From positions 11-64,010 of the forward strand of contig JBAXXQ010000002.1 of NCBI GenBank assembly GCA_037127795.1: a stretch of DNA of 64,000 nucleotides. The letters run 5' to 3'. Numbering within the stretch: position 1 is the stretch's first letter; each line of letters starts with the position of its first letter. The notes below the pieces were generated by a model that searched no databases, was not told where the DNA came from, and saw only the letters and a program-made list of their open reading frames with translations. The position numbers were made by a program, and so were the translations under genes. Positions 18,601 through 26,370 of the stretch are shown here, in pieces. Source of the DNA: a bacterium (GTDB lineage: Bacteria; Patescibacteriota; Minisyncoccia; Phycocordibacterales; UBA9973).

Positions 18601-19131
18601 ATGGGAGATCTACAATACAGTATCAAGATACACGCGAGAGCGAGAGGGGTAAAAATTTCTATTCATGCAGATGGGCATATCGTAGTGACCAAGTCTCGTC
18701 GCGTATCTGATGCAAAGGTTGCAGAATTGGTCCACACAAAAAAAGAATGGATTTTTGAAAAACAACAAGAGATGTTGTCGCGTCCCAAAAAATATCTTGC
18801 ACACTATACCAAAGAAGATTTTTTACAATACAAAAAAGACGCACTCATACTCGCGACAAAAAAAGTCGCACAGTGGAATGCGATATATCAGTTTCCTATA
18901 CAAAATATTTCTATACGCAATCAAGCTACTCGCTGGGGGAGCTGTACCAAACATCGCTCTATTCAATTTAATTACAAAATAGTATTTCTTCCAGAATACT
19001 TGGTGGACTATCTTGTCGTACACGAATTGTGTCACCTCAAACAGATGAACCATTCGCAAGATTTTTGGGATCTCGTCGGAAAGACTATTCCAGAATACAA
19101 AACATATCGCAAAGAGCTTCAGTTGTATTAG
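18601..19131 (+). CDS. YgjP/DUF45-family metal-dependent hydrolase
   Basis: Reads HELCHLKQMNHSQDFW, identical in pattern to the E. coli YgjP HELCHLKEMNHS..FW zinc motif. Confidence 0.65.
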   Translation: MGDLQYSIKIHARARGVKISIHADGHIVVTKSRRVSDAKVAELVHTKKEWIFEKQQEMLSRPKKYLAHYTKEDFLQYKKDALILATKKVAQWNAIYQFPIQNISIRNQATRWGSCTKHRSIQFNYKIVFLPEYLVDYLVVHELCHLKQMNHSQDFWDLVGKTIPEYKTYRKELQLY

Positions 19132-19151
19132 CTCGGGTGTATACTATAGCT

Positions 19152-19640
19152 ATGCATACACACAATCATCCCATAGTCGGACACATACATCTCACCGTCG
19201 CAAATCTTGATCGCGCAATAGCGTTTTATGAATTGCTCGGTTTTACTATATCTGCACGATATGGGGAGTCTGCGGCATTTATGTCTGCGGGCGGATATCA
19301 CCACCACATAGGGCTCAATACGTGGGCGGGTACCGATGCGACTCCTGCGCCAACAGGGCACACAGGGATGTATCATGTTGCATTTTTGTATCCTAGTCGT
19401 CGCGCATTGGCAGAAGTATTGCAAAAACTTATTGATGCAGGATTTCGTCTCGAAGGAGCTGCAGATCATGGTGTCTCAGAAGCACTCTATCTCCGTGATC
19501 CAGACAACAATGGCGTCGAGCTCTATACTGATCGCCCCAAAGATACCTGGACTGTCCAAAATGATGGCATGGTAGAAATGGTGACCGAGCCGCTCGATCT
19601 CCAAAACCTCCTCGGAGAGCTTGTTGATCCGATTGTATAG
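19152..19640 (+). CDS. VOC-superfamily protein (glyoxalase/bleomycin resistance/dioxygenase fold)
   Basis: Reads GHIHLTVANLDRAIAFYELLGF. The start was moved to the ATG at 19152 to avoid overlap with the YgjP gene. Confidence 0.7.
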   Translation: MHTHNHPIVGHIHLTVANLDRAIAFYELLGFTISARYGESAAFMSAGGYHHHIGLNTWAGTDATPAPTGHTGMYHVAFLYPSRRALAEVLQKLIDAGFRLEGAADHGVSEALYLRDPDNNGVELYTDRPKDTWTVQNDGMVEMVTEPLDLQNLLGELVDPIV

Positions 19641-19662
19641 ATATATTTGCTATACTATATAC

Positions 19663-20190
19663 ATGAAGAAAAAATATTTGGTATATCTCGCGATAATATT
19701 TATTGTACTTGCTATTGTGGCAGCTGTAGGGTTTGCTATTTTACAAATAAAACTTTCAAAAGCACAATCAGTATCACAAACAACAACACTAAGTGAAGTT
19801 GTGGTGAATACAGATGAGGTAATGTCTGCTCCTGTTCCTCCTACGGATTATACACAGCCACTAGCTACAAAGTATGTGACCGGGGCAAGTGTGTGGCCAC
19901 CAAAAGTGACAACAACAAACAAAGCATTTAGTTGTACTGATACACAAAAAGATATTCAGGGAAATATGTATTGTATAAAAAAAGATGCAGAGGGTGCAGC
20001 GGGTAGTACCTATACGACATACACATACAAGACCAAGGTGGGGGAACAACTCGCAACTACGACATTTACTCTCCGCACTGTGCAATGTATGAATTATGAC
20101 GAGCCACAACAGAGCGAATGTACTAATGAACAAAACAACTTTGATGTGGATATGTTTGCCGATGGCCTGATTCATCAATTGGTGAAATAA
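19663..20190 (+). CDS. Membrane-anchored hypothetical protein
   Basis: The N-terminal TM is MKKKYLVYLAIIFIVLAIVAAVGFAIL. The start was moved to the internal ATG that begins the signal anchor. Confidence 0.45.
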   Translation: MKKKYLVYLAIIFIVLAIVAAVGFAILQIKLSKAQSVSQTTTLSEVVVNTDEVMSAPVPPTDYTQPLATKYVTGASVWPPKVTTTNKAFSCTDTQKDIQGNMYCIKKDAEGAAGSTYTTYTYKTKVGEQLATTTFTLRTVQCMNYDEPQQSECTNEQNNFDVDMFADGLIHQLVK

Positions 20191-20224
20191 AAAAAGCCCC
20201 GACATGAATATCGGGGCTTTTGTA
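20191..20224. terminator. Bidirectional Rho-independent terminator
   Basis: Reads aaaaaagccccgacatgaatatcggggctttt. Confidence 0.6.
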
Positions 20225-20232
20225 GTACTACA

Positions 20233-21924
20233 TTACTTTTTTATTACTTTTGTACTTTGATTATTTACCTTAATTACATAAAGGCCTTTTGTATATGCTG
20301 ACATGTCTACACACATCATACTATCAAAAGAAACTTTTGAAAAAAGTACCCTTCCTTGCATATCAGATACTTGTACTATATCTCCAGATTTTATTCCAGA
20401 GATAGTACAACTACTTTGTACAGGATTTGGATACACACTAATTTCGTTGAGGTGATACAATATCTTCTCTATATTACTATAGTGAAAATTTCCATCATTT
20501 TCTAATACCTTTAATCGATAGTACGATATGCCATCTAATGGTTTCTCATCTGTATAGCTTGTAGTGCTTGTTTGCACTAATTGTTCCCAATCTGTACCAG
20601 TAGAGCTTCTTTGTAGTATTACTCTTTCTGTAGAATTCCAGTGTAGTTGTACAATGTCTTTTTCTAGTACGGCATTAAGGTGTAGCCTATCTAAAGCAAG
20701 TACTGTTTGAGGTGAAAGTTTTACAATTAGAATTTGGGACATTCCTTTATTATCAGAAGTTCCTGATAATAAATATCCACCATCTGAAGTTTCTAAGACA
20801 CTCAGAGCGTTATCATAAACTGAATCTTTTATGCTTTTCTGCCATTGTAGTAATCCAGTTGAATCAATTTTAACACATTGGTAATTAGCAGCACTATCAA
20901 GACCAATAGTAATAAAGTCTGAATTTTTTGTTTTTGTTATGTATTTTATAAAAAATCCATAACACTTTTGCCAAATAATATTACCAGTATCGTTAATTTT
21001 AATAATCCAACCATCCTCATTAGGGGTCCCAGTGTATACACTTGTAAGATCTCCGTCTTTTGATGACGTTGTTCCTGCGATAATAAAATTTCCATCATTT
21101 GTTTTTGTTACAGAACGTAGTTCATCATTATTTTTTCCTCCTAAGCATTTTAACCATCGAGTATTTCCGCTAGAATCAATTTTAACAATTACACCATCTG
21201 TTAACCACTTAAAACCACTCCATATGTGATAACCTGGTAGGTCTCCTTGTGTTGACCCAACAACAAGGTAGTCATTACTGATCGTCTCTGTAATAGAATA
21301 TGCTTGATCAGCACTGTCACCACCGACACATTTTTGCCAAATAAGAGATCCAGATCCTGTAAGTTTAACAATCCACATATCAGATGATTGAGATGTATTA
21401 CTCCAGTGATTACCTGAAACATCGCCATCGTTTGATTTTGTAGTTCCAGCAAAAACAATATTGTGATCTGTGGTTTCAATAATGCTCCAAACAAGGTCTT
21501 CTTTTGAGCCACCCAAACTTTTTTCCCATAATATATTTCCAACACTATCAATTCTTGTAACCCAGGCATCACCTAATCCTATAAAACTTTCTCCAGCAAT
21601 AAGATATTCATTATTAAATGTTTTTGTAAATGCCATAACAACACAACTTGTATTGTGTATCATATTTTGCATCTGAATATTTCCCACAGAGTCTCTTGTT
21701 GTAAAATATATACCACCAGAGATAGGCCCAAAAACTTCCTCAATCGAAACATATTGATTGTTACTTTTTTGTATAACCTGTGAGGTTATTGTTGAGTTTC
21801 CGTTTAATCCAATTTTTTTCTGCCATTGAATATTTGGCGCCTGAGCTTTCCCAGAATAGGAAAGTGTAGTAATTGCAAGGATTAAAGTCACTGCAAAAGC
21901 GACTACTTTTGTTACTTTTTTCAT
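20233..21924 (-). CDS. Secreted multi-repeat beta-propeller-like protein with a type IX secretion system (T9SS)-type C-terminal sorting domain
   Basis: Signal peptide MKKVTKVVAFAVTLILAITTLSYSGKAQA. Repeated modules (D/N)GGY(L/I)..G.T....GD. The C-terminus vYPNPv...V.V.D.QGRVLF.......GLYVIKV....TKVIKK matches the T9SS CTD type A. The start is trimmed to MKK. Confidence 0.6.
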   Translation of the reverse strand: MKKVTKVVAFAVTLILAITTLSYSGKAQAPNIQWQKKIGLNGNSTITSQVIQKSNNQYVSIEEVFGPISGGIYFTTRDSVGNIQMQNMIHNTSCVVMAFTKTFNNEYLIAGESFIGLGDAWVTRIDSVGNILWEKSLGGSKEDLVWSIIETTDHNIVFAGTTKSNDGDVSGNHWSNTSQSSDMWIVKLTGSGSLIWQKCVGGDSADQAYSITETISNDYLVVGSTQGDLPGYHIWSGFKWLTDGVIVKIDSSGNTRWLKCLGGKNNDELRSVTKTNDGNFIIAGTTSSKDGDLTSVYTGTPNEDGWIIKINDTGNIIWQKCYGFFIKYITKTKNSDFITIGLDSAANYQCVKIDSTGLLQWQKSIKDSVYDNALSVLETSDGGYLLSGTSDNKGMSQILIVKLSPQTVLALDRLHLNAVLEKDIVQLHWNSTERVILQRSSTGTDWEQLVQTSTTSYTDEKPLDGISYYRLKVLENDGNFHYSNIEKILYHLNEISVYPNPVQSSCTISGIKSGDIVQVSDMQGRVLFSKVSFDSMMCVDMSAYTKGLYVIKVNNQSTKVIKK

Positions 21925-21961
21925 TTTTGTAATTATTTTGTTGTAAATGTAATTTGTATAT

Positions 21962-21990
21962 ATAATAGCATATTTATATATAAAAGTCAA
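21962..21990 (-). promoter_or_regulatory. Strong sigma70-like promoter (TTGACT-N17-TATTAT; copy of the conserved promoter module)
   Basis: The reverse complement reads acttgacttttatatataaatatgctattatatatacaaat. It is about 40 nt upstream of the 21924 start. Confidence 0.5.
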
Positions 21991-22018
21991 GTATATATAG
22001 TTATGTAATACACAACAA

Positions 22019-22050
22019 AAAACCTCTACGAGTTGTAGAGGTTTTTTGTA
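22019..22050 (-). terminator. Rho-independent terminator downstream of rplT
   Basis: Reads aaaaacctctacgagttgtagaggtttttt. Confidence 0.55.
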
Positions 22051-22063
22051 TAGGAGATGATGA

Positions 22064-22408
22064 TTATTTTACGCGTTCAACGATTTTTGCAAAAGAAGTA
22101 GGATTTGTGTGTGCAATATCTGCAAGCACTTTTCGGTCGAGCTCAATCTTGTGTGATTTGAGGGCACCGATGAACTTTGAGTAGCTCATACCAAGAGTGC
22201 GAACTGCAGCATTGATACGTACTTCCCAAAGTGCACGCTTGTCATTCTTTTTGTCTTTGCGGTGTGCAAAGGCATATGTTCCAGCATGAGAAATTGCTTC
22301 CTTTGCTTGTCGTTCTTTTGTTGAGCGGCCAAAACGGTAGCCTTTTACCATAGAAAGTACTTTCTTTCTGCGTTTGAGTGCTACTTGTCCTCCTTTTACT
22401 CTTGTCAT
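22064..22408 (-). CDS. rplT: 50S ribosomal protein L20
   Basis: MTRVKGGQVALKRRKKVLSMVKGYRFGRS... is an L20 signature. Confidence 0.9.
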   Translation of the reverse strand: MTRVKGGQVALKRRKKVLSMVKGYRFGRSTKERQAKEAISHAGTYAFAHRKDKKNDKRALWEVRINAAVRTLGMSYSKFIGALKSHKIELDRKVLADIAHTNPTSFAKIVERVK

Positions 22409-22438
22409 AAATGTATATCTATTGAAATGCTATTAAAA

Positions 22439-22630
22439 TTATTGGTGGGGGATAAAACGTCCAAGATCCTTTGCTTTTATAGCAAAATCTACCATTTTCT
22501 TGCCTGCAAGTTGTGTTGTACGACTTTGCTTTGCATTAAAATGGTTAAATCCTGGCTTTCGTGCCAAAACCTTGCCACTTGGTGTCAATTTAAGGCGTTT
22601 TGTATATGATTTGTTTGTTTTTACTGACAT
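22439..22630 (-). CDS. rpmI: 50S ribosomal protein L35
   Basis: 63 aa and basic (KRLKLTPSGKVLARKPGFNHFNAKQS). Sits between infC and rplT. Confidence 0.85.
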   Translation of the reverse strand: MSVKTNKSYTKRLKLTPSGKVLARKPGFNHFNAKQSRTTQLAGKKMVDFAIKAKDLGRFIPHQ

Positions 22631-22631
22631 A

Positions 22632-23156
22632 TTATGGTTTTTTTGCCGTTTTATCCTTTTCTATAACAACTGCCAATCCTTTTGGCGATCGTTTATATGG
22701 CTCTGCTATCTTATAGTGTTCTGTGATAAAATGCAAGACCCTGTCTAGTCTTTCTCGTAGAAAGGCATCTTGTTGTCCTTTTGAGCGTCCTTTGAGGTAT
22801 AGCTCAACTTTTATCCGGTGACCTTCTTTGAGCCAAGCTGAAGCGGTGCGAGCTTTCATTTCGAGGTCGTGATCTCCGGTCCCTACTTTGATTTGGATGG
22901 CTTTTGTTTCAGAAGGTTTTGCACCAGACTTTGCTTTCTGGGCTTTTTTCTTTTGTTCATAAAGATATTTGCCGTATTCCATTATCTTACAGATAGGTGG
23001 TTTGGCTTGGGGAGTGATCTCGATAAGGTCGAGCCCCATAGATTCTGCTTTTGCTAATGCTTCTGCAATAGGCAAAACACCAAGGTTCTCACCTTCTTCG
23101 TCGATAACGCGAACTTCTTCCGCGCGGATTTGTTTGTTGATTCGTTCCTTCAAAAT
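22632..23156 (-). CDS. infC: Translation initiation factor IF-3; the start codon is uncertain (probably the non-ATG ATT at 23156)
   Basis: INKQIRAEEVRVIDEEGENLGVL... and the C-terminal domain match IF3. The ORF-track ATG at 23210 would overlap the divergent pseudouridine synthase gene. infC classically uses AUU/AUA starts. Confidence 0.8.
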   Translation of the reverse strand: MLKERINKQIRAEEVRVIDEEGENLGVLPIAEALAKAESMGLDLIEITPQAKPPICKIMEYGKYLYEQKKKAQKAKSGAKPSETKAIQIKVGTGDHDLEMKARTASAWLKEGHRIKVELYLKGRSKGQQDAFLRERLDRVLHFITEHYKIAEPYKRSPKGLAVVIEKDKTAKKP

Positions 23157-23171
23157 AAGTATAGTGTTTAA

Positions 23172-23933
23172 ATGTCTGAGTATTATAGAAAAAATTCTGA
23201 TATAAGTCAAATAATTACTACATCAAAAAAGCCGGGCGAAACCCTCGCGGTGTTTTTGGAGCGGGTCCGGGGTACATATGGGGTACCGGCCGGCGTACCG
23301 ATGACGTACGCCGGCCGTCTCGACCCTATGGCCGAAGGCGACATGCTAGTACTCACTGGGGAATATTGTAAACAAAAAGACGATTATCTCGGTTTTGATA
23401 AAACATACATACTAGATATCTTGCTCGGTATCAGTACTGACACTGGAGACATGCTCGGTATTGTTTCAAACATGAATATAGGTGTGTATGCTGAAAAAGA
23501 AATACAAGATGCGGTATCAGAAATAGAAAAAATAAAAACACTCGCATATCCAGAGTATTCTTCAAAGACTATCGAAGGTGTTCCACTTTGGGTTTCTGCA
23601 CGAGCGGGGGACGCAGTGGTAGTACCAGAAAAGGAAGTAATCCTTTCTGATGTATTGTTGCTCTCTATTACATATAAAAAAATACATACGCTCCTCGATG
23701 AATCGTACGAGATCATACGAGAAGTGCAAGGAGATTTTCGGCAGCAGGCTATTTTGTCTGCATGGCAAAAAATATATGAAAATTATGGTGATATAGAAAT
23801 ACCAGTAGTCCGCATACAAGTCACCGCTTCAACAGGTGCATATATGCGCACCCTTGCTCGTAGGGTAGGAGAGATGCTCCAAACCCCAGCGCTTGCATAC
23901 CATATCAATCGCACTAAGATTTGGATTAAATAA
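23172..23933 (+). CDS. Pseudouridine synthase catalytic-domain protein (TruB/RsuA-like)
   Basis: Reads YAGRLDPMAEGDMLVLTGE....YLGFDKTYILDILLGISTDTGDMLG. This is the catalytic Asp motif (RLD/GTLDP type) with a downstream TDT.D pattern. Confidence 0.55.
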   Translation: MSEYYRKNSDISQIITTSKKPGETLAVFLERVRGTYGVPAGVPMTYAGRLDPMAEGDMLVLTGEYCKQKDDYLGFDKTYILDILLGISTDTGDMLGIVSNMNIGVYAEKEIQDAVSEIEKIKTLAYPEYSSKTIEGVPLWVSARAGDAVVVPEKEVILSDVLLLSITYKKIHTLLDESYEIIREVQGDFRQQAILSAWQKIYENYGDIEIPVVRIQVTASTGAYMRTLARRVGEMLQTPALAYHINRTKIWIK

Positions 23934-23935
23934 AA

Positions 23936-23970
23936 AAGACCTCCTTAGAAAAGGAGGCCCGGCCCGTGCC
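23936..23970 (+). terminator. Rho-independent terminator
   Basis: Reads gacctccttagaaaaggaggcc. Confidence 0.5.
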
Positions 23971-23993
23971 ATTTTGATTGCTAATACCAGAAA

Positions 23994-24425
23994 TTAAGCG
24001 ATAAGCTCTTCAAGTTTTACATACCCCTTGATAAAGTCTTCAGTCTTTTTTCTCTCTAAGATGGTATATCCAGATAGACTGTCTCCAGATATTCCCAGTC
24101 TTGCAGGAATACGAAATTTCGTCTTAACGATAATCACTTCTTCGGCAAGATCGTTCCAACCTGCATGTTTGAAGCATGGATGGCTGATCTTAATCGAGTC
24201 ATGATGCGGATTTTTTTCTAAGTATTTACTTAAACACTTAAAAATTTCTCCTCCTGTTAATTTACTTTTTATCAATTCAGCCTCTTTTTCATTTGAGGAC
24301 TGCTTTGGGTGGTGTTGAAAAATTTCTTCGATAGGCACAAAAAATGCACCCTTCTTTAATCTTTCAAGTTTTTCTTGTTCTGACTTCTGTGCCGTCTTGC
24401 GCACTTCTGTTTGATTAGTAAGCAT
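23994..24425 (-). CDS. Hypothetical protein
   Basis: 143-aa ORF with no recognisable domain. Confidence 0.4.
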   Translation of the reverse strand: MLTNQTEVRKTAQKSEQEKLERLKKGAFFVPIEEIFQHHPKQSSNEKEAELIKSKLTGGEIFKCLSKYLEKNPHHDSIKISHPCFKHAGWNDLAEEVIIVKTKFRIPARLGISGDSLSGYTILERKKTEDFIKGYVKLEELIA

Positions 24426-24564
24426 ACAATAATATTTTTTTCTATTATTGCATATTATAAAATAAAGTCAAGTTTAAGATGTGAAGATATTTTGACTTTG
24501 TGTATATACCTGGTAGTATTGTTTTTAAATAACAATATTGTTCAACAAACAAAATTAGCTGCGT

Positions 24565-24873
24565 ATGTTTACTGTTAATGATGCGAACGGGTTTTATACA
24601 AAAACCGGAGCGTACAATTTTTTGAAAGAGCTTCTTGGAGTAGCCAAGAATGTTTTAATTAAAAAAGAATTCTTCAATCTTTTTTTTGAAGAGGTGGATG
24701 GTTTTTTTAAGATCAAGAAACCAGAAGAGTTTGTTAGAGGGCTTTTTGAAAAAAATAAAATCAAAGAGTCAAATTTTGAGTATCATGCACTTGTACAAGA
24801 CAATCAGTCTGACAAGGCACGCACATTGTTTTGTAATGTGCATAACAATGCACGAGCTCTTATGGCTGCCTAA
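24565..24873 (+). CDS. Hypothetical protein
   Basis: 102-aa ORF followed by a perfect 14-bp-stem terminator. Confidence 0.4.
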   Translation: MFTVNDANGFYTKTGAYNFLKELLGVAKNVLIKKEFFNLFFEEVDGFFKIKKPEEFVRGLFEKNKIKESNFEYHALVQDNQSDKARTLFCNVHNNARALMAA

Positions 24874-24879
24874 AAAAAT

Positions 24880-24915
24880 ACCGTTCCAAGGATTAATCCT
24901 TGGAACGGTATTACT
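24880..24915 (+). terminator. Rho-independent terminator
   Basis: Reads taccgttccaagga-ttaa-tccttggaacggta followed by ttactattt. Confidence 0.6.
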
Positions 24916-24939
24916 ATTTATAGGGGATACTAAAGGTAC

Positions 24940-24968
24940 TTGACAAATATATATAAATATGCTATCAT
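24940..24968 (+). promoter_or_regulatory. Strong sigma70-like promoter (TTGACA-N17-TATCAT; copy of the conserved promoter module)
   Basis: Reads ggtacttgacaaatatatataaatatgctatcatatatacaaatac, nearly identical to the element at 29071. Confidence 0.5.
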
Positions 24969-24986
24969 ATATACAAATACTAAAAC

Positions 24987-25268
24987 ATGTTATATTCAAT
25001 TTTTAACGCAGCGACAGTTACTGCAAATAAAATATTTTTTACTTGCGAGGAAAAAAGAGAGCTAAATATTAACTTTCTTGATCCATTTGCTGAACAAAAT
25101 GAAGTGCCGGTTTTTAAAATCAGACACCATAATAGAATCCAGACATCGCAAAGTAAGAAAACTGCTGAGACGATAGCTCAGAATAAAGATCGCAGATATT
25201 ACCGCTCTCTAGGAGAGTGGGAAAAAAGATCTAAGGAAAAAGCTATTGCACAAAGACATGCGGCATAA
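24987..25268 (+). CDS. Hypothetical small basic protein
   Basis: 93-aa ORF directly downstream of a strong promoter and followed by a terminator. No domain recognised. Confidence 0.3.
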   Translation: MLYSIFNAATVTANKIFFTCEEKRELNINFLDPFAEQNEVPVFKIRHHNRIQTSQSKKTAETIAQNKDRRYYRSLGEWEKRSKEKAIAQRHAA

Positions 25269-25284
25269 AAAACACCAGGGGTGG

Positions 25285-25320
25285 GCCAGTTGAAATTAAT
25301 TTTCAACTGGTTTTTTTTGT
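25285..25320 (+). terminator. Rho-independent terminator
   Basis: Reads ccagttgaaattaattttcaactgg followed by tttttttt. Confidence 0.55.
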
Positions 25321-25445
25321 ATGTAAAAAGAAATTTGTAGTTTGTATATAAAAAACCGTATGTAAACTACGGTTTTTTATATATGTGATACTTCGCCAAG
25401 GCGAAGTCCTACAAAAATATAGTCGCGCTTTGCGCTCGTTATTTT

Positions 25446-25840
25446 TGTGGAGATGGGGGGAATCGAACCCCCGTGCAAGTATTGCCGATATATACATCTA
25501 CGTACGTAGTACATGTATATTGTTTTAAAATATATCAGTGCCCCGTGTACAGGAATGATATATTCGAGTCTTTATGTGTTCGGTGTCATCCTAAGACGAG
25601 GGTGACTGCCTACACTCAAAAAAATATTGCCAGTGTTCTTGTATTGAGCATCCAAGAATCTGACACCAGATTGACCTAAATTAGGCGAATGCTGGAGCAA
25701 AGCCAAATGCGTTAGCAAATGGAGACTTTACTGAACCTGAACTGTTTGCAGTTGTCGGTGTGGTTGATAGTTACAGAAGATACAACCATCTCTGGTACGC
25801 ATATATAGCGCGCAATACATGTCGATGCCTGTGCATCCCC
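25446..25840 (-). ncRNA. ssrA: Transfer-messenger RNA (tmRNA, SsrA). It has a tRNA-Ala-like acceptor with a G3:U70 pair and a tag reading frame ANSSGSVKSPFANAFGFAPAFA-stop encoded at 25684-25749 (- strand).
   Basis: The - strand 5' end GGGGATGCACAGGCATCGACATG resembles the E. coli GGGGCUGAUUCUGGAUUCGACGGG. The 3' end GGGGGTTCGATTCCCCCCATCTCCA-CAA gives a T-arm plus a 7-bp acceptor that pairs with the 5' GGGGATG through a G3:U wobble. The gene lies immediately downstream of smpB. Confidence 0.75.
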
Positions 25841-25886
25841 AAATTTGTAAAACAAATTTGTCCCTTTAGTGGGCATAAAATTTGTT

Positions 25887-26330
25887 TTATAAAGCAGCGC
25901 GTTCGCGATCACTGTCGCGTTTTGCTGCTTTTTCTTTCAGTGTGTTTCTTTTGTCAGAGAGCTTTTTACCTTTGGCAATACCAATACTGAGCTTGATCTT
26001 ACCTCCTTTATTATACAATGAAAGTGGGATAATTGCAAAGCCTTTGGTGTGAAGGACTTTATTGAGGTACAAAATTTCTTTTTTGTGTACGAGTAATTTG
26101 CGGGTACGGTATGGATCGTAAGTGTTTACCACATTCTTTTCTTGCCAAGCGGGGATATGTGCGCCGAGGAGTACTACATCAGCACCTACTATATGTACAT
26201 ATGCGCCAGAAAGGCTCCCGCGACTCGCTTTTACAGATTTTACCTCGGTACCCAAAAATTCCACCCCTGCTTCGATGGTGTCTTCTATAGAGTACTCAAG
26301 CCCTGCTTTTTTGTTACGAATATATTCCAT
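25887..26330 (-). CDS. smpB: SsrA-binding protein SmpB
   Basis: Reads IAKGKKLSDKRNTLKEK....RKLLVHKKEI..L...KGFAIIPLSLY, the SmpB consensus. The start is trimmed to MEYIRNKK (ATG at 26330). Confidence 0.85.
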   Translation of the reverse strand: MEYIRNKKAGLEYSIEDTIEAGVEFLGTEVKSVKASRGSLSGAYVHIVGADVVLLGAHIPAWQEKNVVNTYDPYRTRKLLVHKKEILYLNKVLHTKGFAIIPLSLYNKGGKIKLSIGIAKGKKLSDKRNTLKEKAAKRDSDRERAAL

Positions 26331-26370
26331 ATCACTGTATATAGTAGCATTTTTGTGTATAATGTGTGAT

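Noticed and set aside
20233-21924. Using the T9SS-type C-terminal domain to assign the whole window to Bacteroidota
   Set aside because: Other features argue against a typical Bacteroidota genome. There is no rpmD between rpsE and rplO. There are giant fibre adhesins and cohesin/dockerin proteins. The tRNA-Ile carries UAU and the tmRNA tag ends in AFA. Taxonomy is left open and the conflict is reported as a finding.
26122-26370. N-terminal 83-aa extension of ftsH in the ORF track (start at 26122)
   Set aside because: The extension overlaps the divergent smpB coding region and has no FtsH-like sequence. The canonical FtsH N-terminus (a basic stretch then TM1) begins at the ATG at 26371.
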